Shown here: in pieces, positions 10,388 to 17,370 of the stretch
Position numbering within the stretch: the first letter of the stretch is position 1
Layout of the letters: every line of letters begins with the position of its first letter
Virus record (IMG/VR): IMGVR_UViG_3300021399_000003
Span: 64,001 to 128,000 of that record
Length of the DNA: 64,000 nt
Direction: 5' to 3' (one strand)
Origin: a virus
Lineage: Duplodnaviria; Caudoviricetes
Notes under the pieces: model-generated
The model's input: only the letters and a program-made list of their open reading frames with translations
The model's database searches: none
What the model was told of the DNA's origin: nothing
Made by a program: the position numbers and the translations under genes

Positions 10388-10405
10388 TCCTTTGATAAAA
10401 CTTTG

Positions 10406-10462
10406 TAGGGCTTGCGAAGGAGCGCATTATCTCATCAGTTAATTACTCTGATGCTACCCCTA
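10406..10462 (-). promoter_or_regulatory. structured anti-SD leader of homing endonuclease (copy B)
   Basis: same junction consensus as copy A; loop CTCCTT complementary to AAGGAG RBS. Confidence 0.6.
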
Positions 10463-10606
10463 GTGCGCCATCACGGATTTGAACCGTGGACTCCTTGATT
10501 AATGGTGGAGACCGCCAGAATTGCACTGGCACTATCAGTTTGTTCCTTTACTTCAATGCGCTTGCAGTCCCCAAGTCAAGTGCTCTACCAACTGAGCTAA
10601 TGGCGC
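10461..10606 (-). tRNA. tRNA-Lys(TTT) split in the anticodon by a 70-nt tRNA-like insert (10503-10572)
   Basis: exon1 GCGCCATTAGCTCAGTTGGTAGAGCACTTGACTT + exon2 TTAATCAAGGAGTCCACGGTTCAAATCCGTGATGGCGCA gives canonical cloverleaf. Confidence 0.88.
10503..10572 (-). ncRNA. nested tRNA-like element, Ala/tmRNA-TLD-like
   Basis: GGGGACT/GGTCTCC acceptor with G3:U70, A73, CCA; T arm GCCAG-TGCAATT-CTGGC. Confidence 0.75.
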
Positions 10607-10607
10607 A

Positions 10608-10682
10608 TGGCGTCCTTACTAGGAGTCGAACCTAGATTTTGAACTTAGAAGGTTCAAGTCCTATCCTTTAGACGATAAGGAC
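10608..10682 (-). tRNA. tRNA-Arg(TCT)
   Basis: TGAAC-CTTCTAA-GTTCA; GTTCGACTC; GCCA end. Confidence 0.9.
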
Positions 10683-11008
10683 ATTCTTTTATAATATTTT
10701 TCTTCATCTTTTCCGCAATTATCACACCAAGGAAGAATCCAACCAGTAGAATATTTTGTAGCAGGTTGGCCGCAAACACAACACGTTCGTGCGCTTAATT
10801 CTTCGTATTTATTTTCAATTGCATCTATTTCACGCCAATAAGTCATATCACATCTTGCAATTACATCAAGACTTCCCCATTTCTCTTTTAGGTCACAAAT
10901 GTAATAAGTTGGGTCAATAGCTTCACACTCTTCTATCATTTTTCGCGCAAGTTCAATCCAACCAGAAGGAATTGAAGAAAGCCATTTATAATTATTTACT
11001 TGCTCCAT
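10661..11008 (-). CDS. hypothetical protein (KEKWGSL motif, C-terminal CxxC pairs)
   Basis: ORF; GW..L, KEKWG, CCVCG, CDNC. Confidence 0.65.
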   Translation of the reverse strand: MEQVNNYKWLSSIPSGWIELARKMIEECEAIDPTYYICDLKEKWGSLDVIARCDMTYWREIDAIENKYEELSARTCCVCGQPATKYSTGWILPWCDNCGKDEEKYYKRMSLSSKG

Positions 11009-11430
11009 TCTTTTAACTCCATACCATGCTCTTTAAACCACCGAATAAGAGGCCATCGTTCGGAACAAATATTATCATATTTTTCATAGACTAACAACGC
11101 AAAATCTACATCATTAAATTGTTCTCCAATTTTTATGGTCTCGCTTAATACTTGAAGATGCTCCATCAACATATTGAAATCTATTTTATCTAGTTGTTTT
11201 TTATATTCGTGCAGGAAATCACAATTATTTGGATGCTTAGGAGAGCACTTGCCATTACATAGCCCATCGCAACTCTTTCCGGGCTTCAGCGGTGGAATAT
11301 CTAACCAAATAATTCCATTTTGACTTCTTCCTTTTTGAAGCCATTTTGGATTCCAAACCGCAGTAGAAAGCCCGACCAAATTAGGCGGGAAGTTACGAAT
11401 TTGAGCAAAATAGGAAATATAAATCTTCAT
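10996..11430 (-). CDS. DUF488-like hypothetical protein
   Basis: IYISYFA, LLVYEK..CSER pattern. Confidence 0.55.
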   Translation of the reverse strand: MKIYISYFAQIRNFPPNLVGLSTAVWNPKWLQKGRSQNGIIWLDIPPLKPGKSCDGLCNGKCSPKHPNNCDFLHEYKKQLDKIDFNMLMEHLQVLSETIKIGEQFNDVDFALLVYEKYDNICSERWPLIRWFKEHGMELKEWSK

Positions 11431-11444
11431 AAAATCCTTTCATC

Positions 11445-11556
11445 TAGGCACATTATTTTCTATTGCCCTACCTGCTGGGCGACATGCTAAATTTAGCACA
11501 ATCGGACTCGAACCGATGACTCATAGATTACCTATGTAAGTTGCTGTGTGCGCCTA
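11445..11556 (-). ncRNA. Y RNA (YrlA-like), circularly permuted tRNA domain
   Basis: terminal stem AGGCGCA/TGTGCCT with ACAGCAA; T arm, loop-closed acceptor stem, then D arm. Confidence 0.7.
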
Positions 11557-11636
11557 TTTATTATAATTTTAATTCTGGTTTCTTATTAAATTTGGCTTGC
11601 GGTTCTGCGATTGGTTTTTTAATGAAAATCCAATAG

Positions 11637-11711
11637 TAGAGGTCCCGAGCGGCCATGATCCGCTAATTGAAGATTACAAATCTACTATTTTGCCAATTAA
11701 ATTACAGGACC
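11637..11711 (-). tRNA. tRNA-Thr(TGT)-like, degenerate T loop
   Basis: GGTCCTG/CGGGACC; GTAGA-TTTGTAA-TCTTC; T loop ATCATGG. Confidence 0.55.
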
Positions 11712-11717
11712 AAATTC

Positions 11718-11800
11718 AAGGCACTAATAATTTACTTTAATATACTATTCAAATCTATATTTGTATTTGTAATTATAAAAGTAATTGCTGTATGTGCCTT
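11718..11800 (-). ncRNA. Y-RNA-like family member
   Basis: AAGGCAC/GTGCCTT stem followed by ATACAGCAA. Confidence 0.5.
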
Positions 11801-11814
11801 ATTTGTAATAATAC

Positions 11815-11915
11815 TAAGCCGTTTATTGTTTAATTGTGATGGACTTGAACCATCTCTCATTTTGTTTCTCAATCAAAATAATTTATCCACTTAAAAAGAT
11901 TGCTGTGACGGCTTA
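11815..11915 (-). ncRNA. Y-RNA-like family member with internal T arm
   Basis: TAAGCCGT/ACGGCTTA stem, CACAGCAA, GATGG-TTCAAGT-CCATC. Confidence 0.55.
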
Positions 11916-11919
11916 AATT

Positions 11920-12147
11920 TTAAGATTTCTTAGAAATAAATTTCATTTCGATTTTAGTATTTGCGGGAATAGAATATAAATCAAAATAATCCGCGGGCAA
12001 TTGACACATAATACTAGAACCCTCAATAGTAAAACAATCACTATACTCTTCTTTATCATTCTGTTTAAGAGTATTCATAAGCCAATGATGAATTGACTTA
12101 ACAAATTCAGCTTTGGTTGCTTGCGCGGACAATTCTTTCTTATCCAT
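11920..12147 (-). CDS. hypothetical protein
   Basis: ORF with RBS and own sigmaA promoter. Confidence 0.6.
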   Translation of the reverse strand: MDKKELSAQATKAEFVKSIHHWLMNTLKQNDKEEYSDCFTIEGSSIMCQLPADYFDLYSIPANTKIEMKFISKKS

Positions 12148-12260
12148 AATATTTATTTCCTTTCCTTTGATATATTTATTATATCAAAAATTCTAGAAAA
12201 AGTCAAGAAAGAAAGGGGAAGATTTTACGGTTGGGATAATCTTCAAACCCAGTTTTTAAA

Positions 12261-12337
12261 TAGTCGGAATGACACGATTTGAACGTGCAACCCTACGCTC
12301 CCAAAGCGTATGCTCTACCAAATTGAGCCACATTCCG
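12261..12337 (-). tRNA. tRNA-Pro(TGG)
   Basis: TACGC-TTTGGGA-GCGTA; canonical arms; ends ACTA. Confidence 0.92.
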
Positions 12338-12338
12338 A

Positions 12339-12414
12339 TAGCGAGCCTAACAGGATTCGAACCTGCGATCTTCCGGGAGACAACCGGATATTCTAGCCGC
12401 TGAACTATAGGCTC
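12339..12414 (-). tRNA. tRNA-Asp(GTC)
   Basis: TCCGG-TTGTCTC-CCGGA; canonical arms; ends GCTA. Confidence 0.92.
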
Positions 12415-12427
12415 AAATTAGAGTGGC

Positions 12428-13012
12428 TTATGGCCACTCGCCTAGAGGCATACCAAGCCCCGCGCGCTCTACATTGGTATTATAAAATACACCTTCAGTA
12501 GCAGGGCCAGTTAGAAGCTCATCAGCAATAATCTCATATAGAGTACTAATAACACCATGACAATCATTTAAATTATCTGCCGCGAATTGTACTACGCAAT
12601 TATTAAATACTACATAAGTAGTTCCAATCCACTGATAGCCTTCTTCAGCAGGACATACAGAATATGCATAAGCAGGATTACCCTTGAAAGCTGTATCAAA
12701 CAATTCAACCTTACTGGTAAAAGCGCGGTTAGAAGGAATACCATCTACATTTACAGCCAACTTAATATTACCAAAAGAAACTTCTGAAGGAAGAATTTGC
12801 TGCAGTGCGGCGACCTTATCACCATTATTACATGCTAGAACAATAGAAGGATTAGAGCCGCCAAAATTACAATTACAAGCAATCTGTGGGTCACCATCAA
12901 ATAGAGCCTCAAATTTACGAATAGCTATAGTCCAAGGTGGTAGAATCTTTAGTCTTACATCACTCATTTTGTTTTCTCCTTTAATATGAATCGTAGAATA
13001 ACAAATAAACAT
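12428..13012 (-). CDS. hypothetical protein
   Basis: ORF; likely start MSDVRLK after AAGGAG. Confidence 0.65.
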   Translation of the reverse strand: MFICYSTIHIKGENKMSDVRLKILPPWTIAIRKFEALFDGDPQIACNCNFGGSNPSIVLACNNGDKVAALQQILPSEVSFGNIKLAVNVDGIPSNRAFTSKVELFDTAFKGNPAYAYSVCPAEEGYQWIGTTYVVFNNCVVQFAADNLNDCHGVISTLYEIIADELLTGPATEGVFYNTNVERAGLGMPLGEWP

Positions 13013-13397
13013 CAGGGTTATTTTTCATAAATGAAGCGATTAATGCCAAATTTATGATATCTTGCTGTAAAATAGGAAGTATTTCATCATAATCCCAAAT
13101 GGAATCACCATCTTCTTCCCAAGTTTCTTTGTTCATAAAAGAAACAATAATGCGAATTAGCTCAAATACTTGCTGCGGAGTTTCGATAAGATAGTCATAG
13201 CCAGTATCTTTATAAATTGGAAAAATATTTACTACCTTATTTCTTAAACCCCAATTCTTTCGCCAATAAAGAATTTCTACTCCTCCATCTTGATTATCAA
13301 ATTTTTCATCCAAAGGGTATACCATTCCTTCTGGTAGTATTTCACGCGTAATCTTGCGATGATTTGAGCGGGCAATTATACCATTATCCAATCCCAT
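12981..13397 (-). CDS. hypothetical protein (MGLD...YWRK family)
   Basis: ORF with RBS; MGLD/YWRK motif common in phage small proteins. Confidence 0.65.
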   Translation of the reverse strand: MGLDNGIIARSNHRKITREILPEGMVYPLDEKFDNQDGGVEILYWRKNWGLRNKVVNIFPIYKDTGYDYLIETPQQVFELIRIIVSFMNKETWEEDGDSIWDYDEILPILQQDIINLALIASFMKNNPDVYLLFYDSY

Positions 13398-13667
13398 GCT
13401 TATTACTCCTTTTATGAAATAGCTTTAAGATCAGCTAACCGCGCATCCGTTTATTTGCTATCGTGATGGTGATAGGCTTTTCTTAGGAACCTAACGAACC
13501 TATACTCTTTGCCAGCTACATTAGGCGGCTCATGGCACCGCTTATCCCCGTAGACCATTTTAGGGGTTCCTTCGTACTTCGGAAGGGCTAGCTCTCTTAT
13601 GTGACTTCGCGCGTTCACATAAGTGAGACATTGAGTAAGCATAGAGAATAAGTCCTCTATGTGACTA

Positions 13668-13744
13668 TGGCGGCCCGCCACGGACTTGAACCGCGGACAT
13701 CTTGCTTAACAGGCAAGCGCTCTAACCAACTGAGCTAGCGGGCC
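13668..13744 (-). tRNA. tRNA-Asn(GTT)
   Basis: CTTGC-CTGTTAA-GCAAG; GCCA end. Confidence 0.93.
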
Positions 13745-13812
13745 AAGGAGGTCCCGTTTATTACTCTAACGGGCAAGAGTGAGGTCATATCAAAGAACAC
13801 ACATTAGGGCAA

Positions 13813-14396
13813 ATACCCTATTTAATAAAACCGTTGCGGCCTTCGCCGTACTTGTATTATCCTTCTAACATATTCAACCACGTTGGAGATGAAGGCTGAG
13901 CCACGGGTAGCAATTCCGGACTTCTTCACCCCGTCTTTCGACCAACAACGGAGAGACTGTTTACTCTCAAATTTCACCTAAACCATTCAGCACAATAATA
14001 TCTAATCAAATCTATTAGATTCATTGTCGTTTTGGGCTACTTTTTCTGTGAACCTCGCTTATATCCTATTTCTAGGTTTCAACGACATCAAGCGTCTTGT
14101 TGGCATTTCCAAGGTTTGCGGTGGTAGCCAGCCACATCTAAAACGCCTAACTTGGATTCAGGTCACGCTTTTAACGCTCACCTTCTATTGCGACGCCGCG
14201 AGGAGCCAAGTTTTTGTTAGCGGATAACCAAGCACCTATCCTTAACATTAGGAGTTTCTCCATATCGCTAGTCATTACTGATTTCGCGGCCTTGGCTTGA
14301 AAGTATCCCATCAAGTTTGGGGCTGTTATTCAGATAGTCCAAGCAGAGTGGTTAGCTCTTCTTCACTTGGTTCAACCATTTTATTAAATAGGGTAT
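13813..14396 (-). ncRNA. large structured ncRNA, ROOL-sized candidate
   Basis: 584-nt ORF-free region closed by perfect 18-bp terminal helix; dedicated promoter at 14424-14452. Confidence 0.5.
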
Positions 14397-14423
14397 CTAC
14401 TTCCTTTCCTTGTTTCTATAATC

Positions 14424-14452
14424 ATTATAGCATGATTTTCAGAAAAAGTCAA
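14424..14452 (-). promoter_or_regulatory. sigmaA/sigma70 promoter
   Basis: TTGACT-17 nt-TATAAT with extended -10 TG. Confidence 0.75.
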
Positions 14453-14972
14453 ATATTAAAGTGAGCTGTTTTCATCGTGGCCGGTCCACTCTTATCCACG
14501 CTTTCTTGTACACCCCGGGTTCCCTTATACGGGTGCTCGCACCCGCCCAATATCACTGGGGAGCTCTTTGGCATTTCTACTCGCTGATCAGGACGGGAAA
14601 TGCGCTCTTTAATATTTATTGTAAAGATTAGTCTCAACTACGCCACCAGACGGGCTTATAAGAAGCAATCAAATGCTCTGATTATTTGGTTAGTTGATTA
14701 ACAGCATCGCCACGAGAAGGCTCTTTACTTGATGCCGTAACATCCTAGGATTTGTTCGCTGAGTATTAAGTCCAATAACGAGTCAGGACTCCTAGAATGT
14801 GATAGTTACAGCGGTCGCTACATACGGTTAGCGCCGTTGGCCTGGCTTCTTTTATTTTATAGTCGCGTTTTCCCAGCGTAACTAACAAACGAATGTTAAC
14901 GCGACTTGTCACATTAGCGGGAGGTGACTTGCGTCTGATAGGTTATCATCGCAAACCATTCAGACATAAACT

Positions 14973-15037
14973 AGGCGGATTTTTAGCTATATAGTTTACA
15001 AAATCTATTGCTTAAATAATAGTTGCTGTGGCCGCCT
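14973..15037 (-). ncRNA. Y-RNA-like family member
   Basis: AGGCGG/CCGCCT stem, CCACAGCAA. Confidence 0.5.
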
Positions 15038-15211
15038 TGTATCTTATCATTGTAAAGAATTGAGACATATAAATTGTGCTAAAGGACTTGCACCTTTAGG
15101 AGCAGCGACTGACTTGATTGCGCACATCACATCAGTAGGGCTTTAATCATAATCTTCTATTTTCCACTCAACTGCTTTTTCATACTCTATGTTTTTAAGA
15201 GATTTTCTTTT

Positions 15212-15285
15212 TGTTCGAAGCATTGCGATTTGAACGCAACCTTGCCCCTCACAGCGGGGCCGTGCTGCCGCTACACTATACTTCT
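15212..15285 (-). tRNA. degenerate tRNA (loop GCTGTGA; His/Thr ambiguous)
   Basis: D arm GTGT/GCAC, GCCCC/GGGGC stem, T arm TTGCG-TTCAAAT-CGCAA. Confidence 0.55.
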
Positions 15286-15628
15286 AATCTCTGCCGCACC
15301 ATAATTAGGCTGTACGGGCCTTAATATATGGGTTGTACGTGCGACACATTTCATATGGCTTTATACTCACTACACAATTTTTCTTACATATTTATTATAG
15401 CAGATTTTCTGCTAAAAGTCAATTATTTTTCTTTTCTATTTTGTCAACAACTGGTGCCCATTCGCCGCAACCTTCACATAGCCAAGGCTCTTCAGAAAGA
15501 ATAATTTCTTCATCTTCTTCAACTGGGCCAAATAGTTTTAGAAAACAATCTTTACAAAACTCTGCCATTTTATTATCCTTTCCCTTTACTATAATTATTA
15601 TACTATAATTTTAAAAGAAAGTCAAATA

Positions 15629-15844
15629 CTACTTAGTTGGAATCCAAGAAAACTTTCCGCGGCCTCCGTTCCACGCCTGATTCTCTTCTACAAGTTCAAA
15701 AGATGCACAACTACTCTCCTTAAAATAACCATCACCATATTTTTCAAATAGATGGTCAATAGTATCCTGATAAATAACGTTATCTATATTTTTATAAAGC
15801 TGGTCAAGAAGATATGATAGCTAGCCCTTAGTTAATGCTTGCAT
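15629..15844 (-). pseudogene. 71-codon ORF interrupted by in-frame TAG at codon 8
   Basis: AGAAAGGA RBS, MQALTKG*LSYLLDQ...WIPTK*. Confidence 0.5.
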
Positions 15845-15900
15845 AATTGTTTCCTTTCTCTGCTATAATTATTATACTATAATTTTAGAAGAATGCCAAA

Positions 15901-15978
15901 TGGTAGCACCGATGGGATTCGGACCCATACTGAAATCATTTTGAGTGATTTGCCTCCTGCCAATTGGGCTACGGTGCC
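15901..15978 (-). tRNA. tRNA-Leu(CAA), short variable loop
   Basis: AATCA-CTCAAAA-TGATT; ACCA end. Confidence 0.85.
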
Positions 15979-16084
15979 ATAATGGTTATTGTTCCACTAT
16001 CAACTACTTACAGGGTTCTCTTACCCAAGCCATATTACTTCTAATCAGTTTATATAGGACGTATGAAGTAAGAACAGTAGTCCT

Positions 16085-16218
16085 TGGTGCCCCAGACGGG
16101 ACTTGAACCCGTACACCCTCACGGATAGCGGATTTTGGTCGTGGGAAGGAGTGCTGCTCTCCAACAAGCCACTGGGCCCACGTAAGTCCGCTGCGTCTGC
16201 CAATTCCGCCACCAGGGC
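16085..16218 (-). tRNA. tRNA-Leu(TAA) split in the anticodon by a 47-nt minihelix-like insert (16136-16182)
   Basis: GCGGA-CTTA|AAA-TCCGC restored on removal; Leu D loop GGAATTGGCAGAC, long variable arm, ACCA. Confidence 0.88.
16136..16182 (-). ncRNA. nested tRNA minihelix-like element
   Basis: CGTGGG/CCCACG-ACCA; T arm GGAG-AGCAGCA-CTCC. Confidence 0.7.
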
Positions 16219-16938
16219 ATAAAAACCTGATGTAACCCTCACGCAGCTAGATGGTTACTTTGAATAGTACTTTAAGGTATACTGCTAATATATAGGCTAT
16301 CAGGCGTAGCCTTAACAAGTAAATGTGTGGTTGTTCGATATTTGCTCCTTTTATTTCTGAACCACACTAAGAAGCCCTTAAATCGACACTCCTCGAACAG
16401 GGTGCGTCCGCGACCATCACGCCGCTATGCATTGTTAACAATGGGCGATTTTTATCGTTGTTCGCCGCAACTACCTAGGTAATAAGTCTCCTAGTGGTGC
16501 GCTTCTTTGAGAGGCGTAAGGAGAACATTTGCGGTGGCGCCTCACAATTAACCGCAATTTCCCTTATAAAGCCCAGTGGGTGGACTCTGGCGCCGAAGTT
16601 TTATTTTCTAGTTTGTGGTGAACTTCAAACCCTTTATAAACTCCATTAATTGCTTCATACTAGAAAAGTAATTAATTTCATCGTTTCATAATCATCTTGT
16701 GATTATGCCGAATACGCTTTCACGTATTCTAAAACTCCTTGTACGCTTGGTACATGAGATAGCGGTGACGCCCTTCAAAAGTACTGGCCGCAATTTTTCG
16801 TTCAGCGTCTAATCCTGCCACTCATCAAGCTTTTCAGCTTGCTCACGGCGAGTCCAAGAAGAAGAAAATACAGTACGAGAAGTCTTACGCACAACTATCA
16901 TTCCTTTCCTTGTTTCTATAAATATTATATCACAATTT

Positions 16939-17313
16939 CTATTCTTCGTCAAATAATTCTTTTAGTTGATTTTCACCATTTTGAATTTTACGTTTATCTG
17001 CGGGAGACCAATTTTTAGAAGGATTATAATTTCCATAGGCATTACGATGTTTGCCCTTGTTATTAGTCTTATTCCGTCTTTGATAATAAAATTCTGGTTT
17101 AGTTTTTGAATAGTAATGAATGGGCTTAAAATATTCTAGAAATTTTTCGCCCCATTTTTCGCGCAATAATTTATAGTTGCGCTTGGCATGACGCCAATCA
17201 TTTTTTCTTTTTTGAGGAGATTCGTCTATATGAATCTCCTCTTCATATGTATACCAGTCATTTCCAAATTCATCACTTTGAGGGCCAATAAGAAAATCAT
17301 CAAATTCTTCCAT
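16939..17313 (-). CDS. hypothetical protein
   Basis: ORF with RBS and promoter. Confidence 0.6.
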   Translation of the reverse strand: MEEFDDFLIGPQSDEFGNDWYTYEEEIHIDESPQKRKNDWRHAKRNYKLLREKWGEKFLEYFKPIHYYSKTKPEFYYQRRNKTNNKGKHRNAYGNYNPSKNWSPADKRKIQNGENQLKELFDEE

Positions 17314-17370
17314 AAATGATTTGCTCCTTTCCTCTTACTATAATAATTATACTATAATTTTTATAGAAAG

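Noticed and set aside
10430-10440. Hammerhead ribozyme from CTGATGA
   Set aside because: No GAAA core partner, and the second copy has CTTTTGA, so it is a stem strand
11561-11620. tmRNA-like tag frame (AAAAAACCAATC-GCA...AEPQAKFNKKPELKL*) as the second piece of a split tmRNA
   Set aside because: No AA-type C-terminal degron, no pseudoknots and no pairing to the TLD-like insert; likely chance
16045-16242. ORFs overlapping tRNAs (also 13451-13681, 27815-28009 and the 5' part of 27073-27285)
   Set aside because: They are translations of tRNA/ncRNA sequence
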